Positions 48,718-62,472 of a stretch of DNA of 64,000 bases are shown here, in pieces. The stretch lies in the NCBI GenBank assembly GCA_964234715.1, contig OZ174286.1, one strand, 5' to 3'. The translations under genes and the position numbers were made by a program. Every line of letters begins with the position of its first letter. Positions within the stretch are counted from its first letter, which is position 1. The DNA comes from Podarcis melisellensis. Its lineage: Eukaryota. The notes below the pieces were generated by a model. The model was not told the DNA's origin. It saw nothing but the letters and a program-made list of their open reading frames with translations, and ran no database searches.

Positions 48718-49204
48718 TAATGAAAAGGGGGGGGGAATACTAGGACGTTGTTCATGTTAATATTCTCAGTGAATATCTGACGTTTCTATCAATATAACAC
48801 AGAAAGTGTATAGAACATCAGAACATCTTGATATTCTGCCTTAGGAAGCCTAATCAAATAATGGACAATGCCCTGCATTTATACAGAACACATAACTAAT
48901 TTGAGAACATCCTAATACATTTTTGCACAGTTGGATATGCGATGGCTTCTGCTTTTATAGGCATGTGCTGCAAATTTTGAAACATTACCATATTTTTCCT
49001 AAGACATAATTTTAGAAGCTGGTAATAGCACTTGAACTCAGTCTGAAACTGGATGGCCCTAATGTTGTGCTGTAAAAACTATTTGAATACTTTAGCTCAG
49101 TTCATTCCCCCCCCCCCCCCCCGCATCTAGAGCCAGGCAAAAAGTTCTCAGTTGAGAATGTTTGGCCAAATTGTGGATGGGGTGGGCTGATGGCAAGAGG
49201 TACA

Positions 49205-50570
49205 TAAAAGTGAGTCGGAAAGGGCTGGGCGATGGGCTCTGCAGAGTAGTGAATGCTTCCCTCGGTCAGGGAGTCCTCCCAGCCCTGCTAAAAGAGGTGG
49301 TCATTAAACCGCTTCTTAAAAAAAACATCTCTGGACCTGGCCGATACAGCCAACTATCGCCCAATCTCAAATCTTCCATTCTTGGGCAAAGTGATTGAAT
49401 GAGTGGTTGCTGAACAACTCCAGGCTTGCCTGGAGGATGGGGACCATTTGATCCCTTCTAGTTGGGGTTCAGGCCTCATCATGGGACTGAAACTGCCTTG
49501 GTCGCACTGGTTGATGATCTCTGGCAAGCTAGGGACAAGGGTGAAAGCTGTTTCCTAGTTCTGCTGGATCCCTCAGTGGCTTTTGCTGCCATCAATCATG
49601 ACATCCTTCCGCACCGTTTAGAGGAGCTGGGGGCACTGTTATACAGTGGTTCCACTCCTTTCTCCTTGGCCGTGTCCAGAAAGTGGTGTTGGGGGATGAA
49701 TGTTCAGACCCCTGGGCTCTCACTTGTGCGGTGCCTCAGGGTTCCGTCCTCTCCCCCATGCTTTTTAATATGTATATGAAGCCACTGGGAGAGATCATCA
49801 GAGAGTTTGGGCTGGGTGTTCATCAGTATGCAGATGATACCCAGCTCTACCTCTCTTTTAAATCAGAACCAGTGAAGGTCGTGAAGGTCCTGTGTAAATG
49901 CCTGGAGGCAGTTGGAGGATGGATGTCGGCTAATGGATTGAGGTTGAATCCTGACAAGACAGAAGTACTATTTTTGGGAGACAGGGGGCGGGCAGGTGTG
50001 GGGGACTCCCTGGTCCTGAGTGGGGCAACTGTGCCCCTGAAAGACCAGGTGCGTAGCCTGGGAGTCATTTTGGACTCACAGCTGTCCATGGAGGCACAGG
50101 TCAATTCTGTGTCCAGGGCAGCTATCTACCAGCTCCATCTGGTACACAGGCTGAGACCCTACCTGCCCGCAGACTGTCTCGCCAGAGTGGCACATGCTCT
50201 GGTTATCTTCCACTTGGACTACTGCAATGCGCTCTACGTGGGGCTACCTTTGAAGGTGACCCGGAAACTGCAACTAATCCAGAATGCGGCAGCTAGACTG
50301 GTGACTGGGAGCAGCCACCCAGACCACATAACAGGCACAATTCAAATTGTTGGTTCTGACCTTTAAAGTCCTAAATGGCCTCAGCCCAGTATACCTGAAG
50401 GAGCGTCTCCACCCCCATTGTTCTGCCCTGACACAGTGCCGTGGGCCTTCTGGCAGTTTCCTCACTGTGAGAAGTGAGCTTACAGGGAAACAGGCAGAGG
50501 GCCTTCTCAGTAGAGGTGCCCATCCTGTGAAACCACCTCCCAGCCAGATGGGCAGTGTATATATATAAAT
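49205..50570 (+). mobile_element. 5'-truncated L2-clade LINE with reverse transcriptase remnant (frameshifted)
   Basis: GFRPHHGTETAL, VLLDPSVAFAAINH, VPQGSVLSPMLFNMYM, HQYADDTQLY, LDYCNALY, LQLIQNAAARLV; several frameshifts and deletions. Confidence 0.92.
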
Positions 50571-50578
50571 CTACGAAA

Positions 50579-50580
<2 letters not shown>

Positions 50581-50650
<70 letters not shown>

Positions 50651-50666
50651 GTATGTGTGTGTGTGT
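50581..50666. repeat. (AT)n / (GT)n microsatellite at the LINE tail
   Basis: About 32 AT units followed by GT units. Confidence 0.95.
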
Positions 50667-52326
50667 ATAATGGTTTGTTTATACTCCTCATTATTAAAAT
50701 AGCAATATTATTGACACAGGTCCACAGCTTCATTTAGTCATCATTTATCTTAGTATTTCTTCAGTGAGTTGGCCAGCAATATTTACCTGTGATACAGTTT
50801 CAGGTCATCTGAAGCATAGGAAGTCTGCAGCTACCGCTGTCCTTACTAAACAGATTCTCTGGTTTTAAACTGAGAACAATTATTGATGTACCTGAACAAA
50901 CTACAAGATGCCGTCACATAAAAACTACCCTAAACTGTGGAGTATTGATGTGCTGTGACTCATCTGGCCTTTCCTGTCTATGCCACAGTGCACCCTTTTG
51001 TACCCCCAAAGGGTACAAAATTGTGATGACACAAAGGAAATTACTGGATTCACGATGTGAGTATTCTGTACATAATGACTTGCAGTGCAGAGCAGCCTGC
51101 TTATGACCAATCCCACAGTTCAGCTAGCTTGTGTACGGTGGACATACTGTAAGTTGTATGAATCAATTTCGGAGCAAAAATCTACGGTGCTGAATTTTCG
51201 CTGCTGACGATATTTACTTGGAATAGTGTTTCAGGTTCTCAGAGCTCATATTAATTGCTGAAAAAGTGCAATTTGGAAACTGAACTAAATACCAATGTTA
51301 AGCTATGCTTATCTTGAGCTAAGTGCATTTTTATTCACATTGAAACAATATTTATAAAGGTATGTCACTTTGGATTAAGCTTCTGTTTTGATATGAATTG
51401 AAAATGAAGCATTTAAAGGTCTAAAATTGCCATCAGGGACTCACTGCTTCTGCAGATGAAATCCAAAAAGGCAGTTTCAAATGAGTCCCCTGCAGCTCTC
51501 AGAAATATGCTTTTTTCCCCCTGCAAGAACAAACATACAGGTGTATTCATAGTATTGACCTGCACTCTTGATAGATAGAGCTTTGAAAAAATGAGTTTTG
51601 AGTGAAATGACTTACAAATCTTGTTCTGGTGGGTTTCTGCAGGTTTAAGTGTGTAGTTGGTGGGGACACTGCTGCATAAATAGGTTGCATTTGTACTGAA
51701 GCACATTGTTAAAAGCATAAAACGCCTTCTTGTATGCCTTATAAAGAAGTCTTTAGGGATATTCTGAGAATAGGATTTCTCCTTTCTCCAGCGCTGCTTA
51801 TTTTCTCTGCATCAGTGGTCTTGTCATGATAATCAACTTTTTTTGTCCCAACCATCAATCACTCTTGATTACAGCTGGGTAGAAGTTCTGTACTGTTGAT
51901 CAGCTCATCAGTGTGCATAATGTTATACCTGGAGACTAGCGAAAATCATCCCTCAGTGGGAACTCACTTCACAGCTTTTGTCAAAAGTACTTTCATCTAT
52001 CTATCACTCCCCTTGCACTTGTCACTTTTCTCTTTGATTGTAGGTCTTGTGAATTCAGATTACTCTTAGTTAGATGGATTTGAATACTGAAATGTCATCC
52101 TGGGTTGCAATATGTTTCATTTCACTGTACAAATATCACAGCAATTATTAATACATGAATTACAAATTAAAAGATGACACTGTGCTTTTGCTCAAGGGAA
52201 GGAGCAATCTTCACTAATATTTAAGAGTTGACTCAGGGATGTGGTTTAATTTGGTTAAGGTAACACTTTATAATCAATGTTCACTATAAATAACTAGGTA
52301 ACTGCTAGCAGGGCAGAGGTTTAATT

Positions 52327-52561
52327 CAGGGGACGCTAACCTTTTTGGGCCAGCAGGCACATTTCAGCTTGAGAAACTGTTATGGGTGTCACACACACAC
52401 ACAGCAACCAAGCACATATCATAACCCATTCTATTGGCTACAATGGAATGCTTCTTTCAAGCCGAAATTCACTGGTTCGGGGAGGCAGGGGATTCCGTGG
52501 GCACCATCAAAGATCTGTGTTGGTGTATGGGTGCCCGTGGGCATCATGTTGCTGATCCTTG
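52327..52561. mobile_element. Old hAT-type MITE
   Basis: caggggacgctaac ... gttgctgatccttg; flanks gtttaatt / ctttaatt (7/8). Confidence 0.6.
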
Positions 52562-55500
52562 CTTTAATTTCTTAACAACGCAATCCTCCACATGTCTGCC
52601 CTGAAGCACACTTATTGAATCAAATGGAACTTTTTCCCAGGTAAGTGTTATAGGATGGCAGTGTAAGTGACTAAAGAGTAAATTAATTTCTTTAAATAAA
52701 TTATGAGCCTACTGTTACTGAAAAATGTGGCAACGCTGGTGCTGCTACAGGTTCATTTGCACAGGCAAGATGTAGGGAGTATTACTCCTCTTAAATACGG
52801 TTTTGGCAGCAAATACATGTGACAGGACTTAGAGACAGCTAGCTAATGCCTGCACGATTGCACGTGAACCCAGATGTTGCATGTTTGAGATACATCTCTC
52901 AGCTTTTGCTAGCCACTGACAGTTCAAGAGAAACCAGGAATAGCATCTGGGCCTACCTGCTTACTGGTTCTGGCATTGCCATACGACATCTTTTGAGTTG
53001 AGTGACCTGACCCACCACTGGGGCGTCTGTTCTTTATGCAAGTGTTTTACCCTTTCACTTGGCAATTTGGTGGGGAAAGAGGGGCAGGTTCTCCCTGCCA
53101 CTTGTTTTCCTCTGTGTGTTAGTGAACCAGTGTTCCTCCATGAAACGTGGGAGAGTTCACTTGCCATTCCACTAAGTAGCGGCTGTACAGCAACATTCTT
53201 TGAACTGCAACAGAACTGTTTACCCCATGCAGTCTCCCCAGTACCTGTGCTTGCAAGAAGTCACCAGCCTTGTACGTATCCAAGAATCTGGATCATTTGC
53301 TGAGTTCAGCTTAGGTGATGCTATAACCCTGATGTAGAACAGACTCATTAAAGGTACATTAAAGCTGTGGTACTATTTTGGAGCCTCTCCTAGAAGACTC
53401 ATGAGCCAGTGATGTATTGCTGTGTTGGAAACTCATTGTGGGCTATTCTAAAGTATATTTTAGTATTTGTGTATGGATCTGTTTCAAATAGGCCAGAGCT
53501 CCATTGAAAGAAGTGATCTGCAGTGCCAGCGGGCGAGTCTACTCAGAAGTAGATCCTATTGATTTTGGGTATAGGATTGCAGCTTTATTCTACTTTAGAA
53601 CTCACATAACTTTTAATTAGGTTTTGCACTTGCTAAATATAGTAGATTCTGATACAGGTTTACTGCTGTAAGCAATGATGCAGATCAATGTGAAGATTTA
53701 CCAGGGTTCTAGAGGTCATGTAAGCAGGAAAAGAAATGCAGGCTACAAAATCATGAGGTATTCTTATACAACATCAGAAGCACAAGATATAGCCTTTGGC
53801 TAATTAAGAAATCTATGCCCTTTTAAACTGTGTGTGGAGAGGTTATTGTTTTTTGTTTGTTACTATGTTACATATTTTTGTGTTCTTATATTGTAAACTG
53901 CCCTGTGATCTTCAGGTAAAGGGCGGTATAAAAATTGAATGAATGAATATGGATAATGTTATATTTCCTATAAATATGATATTTCCAAAGCACCAAGTAG
54001 AAATGACAAATTAAAGTATTAGAGAACCACAAGAAAGGGACTTGATTAAAATCTCATATTTTCTCTCTCTATAAATGGTTTAATTAGTAAAAGCTAGTTT
54101 CCCTATTCCTTCTGGCCATATTTTAGGACAGTGATCAATTATGTTAATTACCTTAAGCAATGCTAGGAAACAGATGGTATCAAATTTCCATTAGACCTGC
54201 AAAATTCAGTATCACTTATTCTGTTTCACAGAATATTATAAAACCACTGGCAAATGTTTTCTTTTAATAAGACAGTAATGTGCATACAGTAATTTTTAAA
54301 AGATGAAGCACTCGCTCCAGAGAACTTGCTTTGTTGTATTCTAACCTGATGATTTTTCTTAACAGAAATTGAATGATCTCAGGGTAGAAAACACTATTTG
54401 TCTTCTTGAGTAAATCTTTTCCTTGAACCAGAGTTCCATCACTTGCACACACAAACATATTTCACTTTGTAGCACTTTATTTATTTTTTATGGTTTAATA
54501 ATCAATATGACCATGTTGTGGTATTAAAAGTTTATAGCAAACTGTATTACTTTTCCAAAGACCTATCAGTCCTCACTGCTCTTTAAAATAAAAAGAATAA
54601 AAATAAATCTGGCTGCTGTATACTCAGATCTGATATCTCTTTTCTATTATAATCCTAGTTGAACAGATTGCCATAATTTATCTGTCATTATTCATCTATT
54701 TATCCTGTAATATAATGTTTCTATCAAAATTGTATGTGGTGATAAATGCTTACAATGAAGCCCATTGTAATGATAAGCAGGTGCAAAGCAACAGCAATAA
54801 GTGAATATCAGTATTTGGAGCTGCAAAGAAATATGAAGTATGGCAAATGAAATTTTTATCTCCCTTGAGATGGATTATTGAACATTACTTAAAAATGACA
54901 AGGCATTTGATGTTTATTATTCAGGTTCTGCCTGGCCAAATCCATGGTTTATACACAGTACTAAATGTAGCTTCTTATGTCTAAACCTGATGCCCACATA
55001 CTTGAACATAAACCTCACTGAAACTGTAGGATTTACTTCTTGAAAGCATAAATAGGATCGTGCTGCACAAGGTTCGCTGTTTGAAGGCAATGGCCCAGTT
55101 TGCACTTAACATTAAACCATTATTACGAAGACAGATCTCAGGAAGGCATGGACATGTGCACTATTCCCTGTTGTGCACGCCAGGGAAATATACTGCTCCC
55201 TTTTTAATTTAACCAAAGTTTAGTGTTGTAGCCGAACCCTAAATTTTGATTCGTCTTAACTATATCTTGTTGGAACACGCCAACTTCTTTGACTACGGTT
55301 TGCAATTGGTTTGTTTCAACAAATCATGGTTGTAGTCAGAAGTGACTCACCTGGTGAGGTGGAACATTAATGCTAGCCAGTTACCAGGACGGAAGGAAAA
55401 GGTGGTGCGGAGGGAAGGAGAACTTTGTGGAGGTACCAGGAGGAGTGCCAGAATGGCTCCACCATTGGGCCCGCACAACCAATATATTGCCAGCTCTCCC

Positions 55501-56407
55501 TCTCAGTAAGCTGCAGCAAAGCCACTGTTAAGGAGCTACTGTGGCTCTATCTCACTGGATTAGTTGCTTCTGGTTTTGGCAAATCTGAAAGTGCCTTACA
55601 GCTGTGCTTGAGAAAGCGGTGGGAGCACACAAGCCCAAAGCTCACCTAAAGCTTATCATTATGTCCAAACCAGACATGATCAAAGCTTGTCCCTTGTGCA
55701 TTTTGGTAGACATGCAAATCTGTTTAATTTTAATTTGTTCTTAGCCTGTTGTGGTAGTCCACACTGTTTCTTGGCTTTTTCTTAAGCTCTAAGCTGGATT
55801 TATGGCTTTTAGAAAGTCTCAACAGGCTCTGAATTAGATGTTGATTCAGAGGGCAGGTCCACACAAGGGCAGGAATCCGAATTCAACCCACAGTTTCACA
55901 AGCCAAACAGCCAATTCAGTGTGGCTCCTTTGAGTCCTAAAGGACCCAAACCACTGCTTTGTGAGGGCATTTGAAAGCCAATGTGCTAGCAAGGTTTAAG
56001 AAGCTATAAGGTCTGCATATAAACCTTCATCTTCCATCCAAAGCAAAGCCATGCCTTGTCCTCCAGGTCTTTTCTCCAGTCTACAGTGAGTGACTGGAAT
56101 TGGGAAAGCAGCACAAAGCCCTCCTCCTTTCCCTTCCATTCTGCAAACAAACAGAAATTCTGGATTCCCACCGCAATCCTGCTTGTGTCAGATCACACAG
56201 ATATTTCTGGTGCCACCTTAACTGAAAAGATTGCAAACAGCAGCACACCAGGTGGAAGCAGATAGGGTTTGCATTTTGCTGTACATTTTGGGTTTTCCTA
56301 GGATTGGGGAAATCCAAATTCACCAGGTAGGAAAAATGTGCCATGAGACAGAGAATTCTGTAAGCACTGATTATTAGAATTTTTGTGCACAGCATCTTGG
56401 AAACTTA

Positions 56408-56615
56408 AAATCATAGAATTGTAGAGTTGGAAGGGACCCTGAGGTTCCTCTAATCCATTGGTGGCCAAACTCGGCCCTCTAGATGTTTTTGGGACTACAA
56501 TTCCCATCATCCCTGCCCACTGGTTCTGTTAGCTAGGGATGATGGGAGTTGTAGTCTCAAAACATCTGGAGGGCCGAGTTTGGCCACCACTTCTCTAATC
56601 CAACCCTCTGCATTG
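56408..56615 (-). mobile_element. 3' part of a CR1-tailed SINE, split by a hAT MITE
   Basis: aatcatagaattgtagagttggaagggaccctgagg..ctaatc | caaccctctgcatt is the reverse complement of the 42936 SINE tail. Confidence 0.72.
56456..56592. mobile_element. Palindromic hAT-type MITE (variant TIR)
   Basis: cattggtggccaaactcggccctc...gagggccgagtttggccaccactt; perfect 8-bp TSD ctctaatc. Confidence 0.9.
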
Positions 56616-58837
56616 AGGCATGTGACCTCTCTTTCTTACAAAATGTTCAACCACATTATGCTGCAAACACTATAAAGCAAACACCTTGATTGTAACCGGG
56701 AAGAGTAGTTGCGACTAGAGCTACTGCGCTATGTTCCTTCCAACACGTTTTTGTTGAATTGCTGGACTAACAGAGGATGACTGCATTTAAATGTGCTGTG
56801 TACTGAAACATGAATTGCCTGCAGTAAAAGGCTGGCCTTTAGTTTCACCACAGGGTATTCAGCATGTGCAAAAGTGCATTTACCAAGTGATGAGTGATGG
56901 ATTGGCACTTTGGGGTCCTTTGAACTGGGAGTGATTCAGTGTCTGCTTGTGAGATTCTCGTGTATCAACACCAAATAGGATAAGGCAATGTTACACTGAT
57001 ATTTGTGGCCAGTTTCTAATCTGTTTTGCTATGCTTTTTGTGTGTTGCTCATGCACTGCAATCAATGGAGATACACCGAACAGGCATAAGTAAAGCCAGC
57101 CCCTTAATCAATTACAGACACAAGAAGTACTATCTCTAATTTTCTTTTTAACCTGCATGTTAAATTAATGCCTAAAAAGAAGAAGAGGAGCTGTAACCTT
57201 TGCAAATCTTACGCAACTATGCACATGCAGTTTAATTCGTTCTGTAGGATGAAGCAAATATTGTCAAAGATAATAAGTTCCTTCTGCAGGCTCTTTCAGT
57301 TCTAATAAGCTAAATTGGATGATGGCAGGGCCTTAAAAGTATAAAAGAGCTTGAGTCAGGACCATTTTAAATATTATGCTAGTGTAGAGTCTCAACCAAG
57401 TAGGATTTGCAGATGTGTCAGAATTGTAGGGTGTCTATAATCTTTAGGATATTACCTGTTTCCAATTATCTGTTGGATAAATGTGCCTATCCTGTCCATT
57501 GTTTTGATATATCCTAAAATTTCTCATGGCTGATCTTCTCTAGCCACATGGAAGAGGCGGGACAATTCGAAATGCTGGCAAGAGCAACAGAATTAAGTGT
57601 TTTCCCACTCAGGCGCAGAGGTGAATAAGGCCCACATCTGTTAGTATCTGCAGAGGGAAAGTGTTCCAAGAGGTGTAAAGACCTTTAGTAGGGTTGGTAT
57701 TGGTGGAGGTGCATATTTTAATACATTACTATGCTGCTAGAAAAAGAAGTTCCAATGCTATTTTTTAAAATGTGCTGTCCATAGTTTAAGACCTGGAGTG
57801 AAACAAAGGAAGGGGTAAGGACGTATGAGAGATTTCCCCACCCCTAAAAAAAGAAAACCTGCTTGCCTCTCATTGCAGGGAACTAGCTTGTATGTGCAAA
57901 CCTAGGTTCCTGTCACTAAACCTTCTTTGAACTGCAGTCCACAGTTCCTCTGCTGAACTCATGGAACCCCCACAAGTTAACAATACATGTGCATTAGGTA
58001 GGCTGAAAGGAATGTTCCCTTTCAGCTGAATAAACTGTTCCGCTGTAGATTCTAATTCATTCCCAGTGGACAACTTCTTGCCCTACTGGCAAATTTGCAC
58101 CAGAAAGCCCCTGGCTTAGCTTGCCAGCTTTAAGCCTTTTCCCGACTAGTGATACGCTTGAAGAAGCCTATTAGTTTCACCATGTATAAGAAGCCTGAAG
58201 GTGATAATACATCTTAAGTCTGTGAGCTGGAAGGGAAAATATCTGGTTCATATTGGAAATATGATAGACTTTCATTTATTAGTTGTGAGCAGATGTGGCA
58301 GTAATCCAGAATCTGGAGCAATTACTGTTAAAGACTGGGTGCATGGGGGGAGACAGAAACTGGGGACATTAAGAATGAACAATGTCATAGCATTGTAGCC
58401 TTGGCGGAAAAGTTGCATTGGAATCATTGCAGCCAGAGTGCAGATACATCTCGTATTCTCCTAAGTATTTATGTTGCTTGGCAGAACGGTTGTATGAGTG
58501 GGTTGAAGTGATGCCAGGACATTCTTTGCACTGGAAATGACTTTGCACTAGTGGTATGGTCCTGCTGGACACCACACAAGTTCAGATTAAACTCATGGCA
58601 GAGCCTCTGATAAATAGGCACAATGGCCAGCTTCACAAATGATGCTGAGCCAAAGCTAAACCATAGTTCACAAAACAAACCTCACTATATATATAACAAA
58701 CCTCACAGATGATCAAACAAACCTTGGGTTGTTTTGTGAAATTGTGGCTTGTTCCCCCACTGCTCCTGCCTGCTTACCATCTACCTCTTGCTCCTTCACA
58801 CACTCTACTTGAAATACCAAAAATCTTTGCAGCACCC

Positions 58838-59181
58838 GCGCTGTGGGTTAAACCACAGAGCCTAGGGCTTGCCGATCAGAAGGTCGGTGGTTCAAATCCC
58901 CGCGATGGGGTGAGCTCCCGTTGTTCGGTCCCAGCTCCTGCCAACCTAGCAGTTCGAAAGCATGAAGTGCAAGTAGATAAATAGGTACTGCTCCGGCGGG
59001 AGGGTAAATGGCGTTTCCGTGCGCTGCTCTGGTTCGCCAGAAGCGGCTTAGTCATGCTGGCCACATGACCCGGAAGCTATACGCCGGCTCCCTCAGCCAA
59101 TAAAGTGAGTTGAGCACCGCAACCCCAGAGTCGTCCATGACTGGACCTAACGGTCAGGGGTCCCTTTACCTTTACCTTTAC
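58838..59181 (+). mobile_element. Sauria SINE, nearly full length
   Basis: gcgctgtgggttaaaccacagagcc ... ccctttacctttacctttac. Confidence 0.92.
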
Positions 59182-61545
59182 TACTGCTGTGGCTTCACCA
59201 CGTCCCAATGGCCCATCTCATTGGCTGTCTCTGAGAGTAAGGGTGTCGAAATGTTCTCAGAGCTCTCAGCTTATTGTTTTAAACTGCCAGTTTCCACTTA
59301 GTTTCTAGCTCTTTCCTCTGTCACCTTAAATGTTACTCTGTACCATTACTCCCCACCCTTTAGATGGTACTCAAATCACTCCCCTCCCCCCCAAAAGTGA
59401 AGTGTTTGAATATATCTCATTGGGAAGACACAATCAAACATTGTTCCACACATTCTGGAAAAGAAAAAAATTGAAGAGAAGGAACTCAAGCTCTTTAGCA
59501 GGCAAGATTTCATGTCCCATAACTTGACTCTTCTCTTTTGAGGGAAAAGATTGAAGGGTGGGACCACATTGTGTCCATGTGTTTATAAAGTTTGGGTTCG
59601 TTCCAAGGGAGTCTGTGCTGCTGCTGCTGCTGCTAACATCCCTGCTGCTTTTGGGAGGGGGGACTTAAGATAAATATGTGGTGGGTGGGTGTGTTGCATA
59701 CTTAACAATGTGGCTATCTCAGTTGAGGTATTCTTGCTTTTAAAACATTTTTTAAAGCACTATGCTAATTTGAACAGCCATGATTTGTAAAGTGCTAGCA
59801 GCAGTTTGTTTTTTTAAAACTTGAGTAAAACATTTGAGTAAAGTGATGAAAGCTGGTCATAAAGGACAATAGCCCCTTTAACGTTCTGTTTAAGCTTTCC
59901 TCTCCACATCCCAGCTGTGCAGTAAAGGCAGATCACAGTGAAGAAACCTCTGTAAAGAGATGCAATCTGTTAAGAAGGGACAGAAGTAGAGAAGTTGAGT
60001 GAGGAAATGATCATTTTACCAGGCAGACCTAGCAATGACATCATCTTTGCTAACACACCCAGCAAGAGCTGGGTAATTTCATTTTTCAGCCACTCTTGGT
60101 ATCATCTCTATATCTTACAGTGAAATGTGAATGGGACAAACAAACAAACATATACTTAAACCATAGTTCAGAATCTGTCTGAGTTCCCATTAAACCATAG
60201 TTTAGGTCAGGTTATTTTTTTGCTAACAAACCATAGCAAATAAAACATAATTAAGGCACTGTGCTGGATTTGCACATAATACTAAGTCATGTTTTATTAA
60301 GTACTGTTTATGTAAACCATGGTTTAACACTAAGTGCAAACCAGGCCACTGAGTCAGAAACTATGAAGAGTAAATAGATAAGCACAATGAACAGTGTTGT
60401 GCATATCTAATAATTGTTTCACCACAGATTTTGCTCTAACTCACATTTGCAAGGAATGTCAGTTCCCCATTTTACAGAAGACAGAACCTCTGGAAGATGT
60501 GCTTTATGTAGCTAAATTATTACTTGGAAAGAATGGTATTTCAAAAATACTTAAAGCAAATGTTAATTAATAGGCCCACCCACTAAAACTAATGAGAGAA
60601 GTATGTGACATTTGCTATTACCAAAATGCTTTCCAGAATGCTGGGCTTTTCGTATAGTTTGTGGTTTGGTAAGCAGAGATATTCTGCAAGGTTAGGCATT
60701 TGTTAGTGAAGTTCTTTCAGTAGAAAGGAGACCTGTGGAATATGTTTATTATAAAAAACTAAAATACATCCAAGAGATAAATCTGCACATTATGGTGCAA
60801 CTAATCAGTTACAATGCTGTGATGGGATAATGATTTAAAGTAAAATATTATCTTAATGAATCAAGACACGCAGAGGAAGAAGACACTGGGCAAGAGGAAG
60901 CAGAGCAGAAGCCATATAATAAAGTTGCATTGTTTGTAAGGTTGAGTTTGGGATGGTCTGCAAAGTGGAGGTTGGTCACTCACCTGACTAATGTGAAACT
61001 CGTAATGACAGGAAATAACTACATTGCACAATATCAGACAATGTGCCATTGAATATACTTGTTGAGAACAGAGTGGCTGTGTTCAAGTGCTATGGTTTTC
61101 TATCATTACCTAACATGAGCGTTACTTAATACAAGCACAGTTTTCTCAATGGATTATCTCTTGCTTTTTAAATTCAGTTATGTGAATGTGGTCTGAAGGC
61201 ACATGGTTCGGGTCTGTGCTGATGCAGGTCTAGCCCTATCAGCTGTCAGGATGGGAGACAGTAGTAGTTGATCAGGTGAAGTGGATGGTTATGACTGCAC
61301 TGCTGAGTGGCAGCTCTTTCTATTTTGTGTGTGTGTGTACAGGCAGCAAACATTTTGCACGGAGGTTCCGTTCCTGTTTCCCAGGTGCATTGGTGGAGAC
61401 TGCTCCACCCCATTCTGCCCTGTTTCACCCCACCTGAGCCCCATTCTGCCCTTTTCTGGGTCTAAAAGGACCTGCACATTGGCAGTCGCTTGTCAGTTGG
61501 CAAAATGGAAGCAGTATATGTATGTGTGTATATATATATATATAT

Positions 61546-61802
61546 CAGAGGTCAGCAACCTTTTTGCAGCCGTGGGCAGGTCCACCATCCCTCAGACTAT
61601 GTATGTGGTAGGCCAGACCATTTTTTTGGGGGGGGGGAATGAATGAATTCCTATGCCCCACAAATAACCCAGAGATGAATTTTAAATAAAAGGACACATT
61701 CTACTCATGTAAAAACATGCTGATTCCCAGACCGTCTGCAGGCTGGATTGAGAATGCAATTGGGCTGCATCTAGCCCCTGGGCCTTAGGTTGCCTATCCC
61801 TG
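61546..61802. mobile_element. hAT-type MITE embedded in microsatellites
   Basis: cagaggtcagcaacct ... aggttgcctatccctg; homologous to 46461-46700; flanked by (TA)n, (TG)n and (GATA)n. Confidence 0.8.
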
Positions 61803-62223
61803 GTATGTATATATATGTGTGTGTGTGTGTGGATGGATAGATAGATAGATAGATAGATGATAGGGATATCTTTCCGCTGACAGGACTCAAGGCAACTTAC
61901 AGATAAAAACAATTGCCCCAAACATAGCTACCCTCTATACCATCTCCCCAGCCCCCACTAAGTGAAGACTATCTAAGAACCACGTCGGCTCCTCTGAGAA
62001 GGAAATTGTGCAACTATAAATAATGTGGCTTCACAACTGCTATATTTTATTTTCATTGAGGAGGGGTTTTTTTTTTGTAAGACTGCACATCTAAGTGGAG
62101 TGATTTATTGCTATAAACAAGATGTGTAGACATCCAACACTGAAAGCAGCTTGACCACCTGCATGTCATGCAGTGGTGGAGCTACTTAAAATTAGTTTGG
62201 TCTGACCACTTTCTTACAAATAA

Positions 62224-62472
62224 GGACTTATCCACATTTCTTCTTGTCCCACTGCTTTCTCCCAGGGAAAACTGCTCTCTAGCGCTCAATCAGAGCAAAT
62301 GGCAATTTCGGTTTTCTCCAGATTGACATTTGCTCCGACTCAGAGCTCAAGAGTGGGTTTTCCCTGGGAATGGAGCAAAGCAAGGAGAAAACCACTCCGA
62401 CCCATGCCTAGAAAATGTGGGTCAAGCGGAAAACTGCTCAGACCTGAGACAAACAAAAATGTGGACGAGCCC
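62224..62472. mobile_element. PIF/Harbinger-like MITE
   Basis: TAA on both sides; ends ggacttatccacattt / aaatgtggacgagccc; internal inverted repeat cccagggaaaac / gttttccctggg. Confidence 0.6.

Noticed and set aside
49683-50366. 227-aa ORF, the longest in the window, with YADD
   Set aside because: Fragment of a truncated, frameshifted L2-type LINE; not a host gene or an active RT.
50371-50737. YIYIYI-rich ORFs
   Set aside because: Translation of an (AT)n microsatellite.
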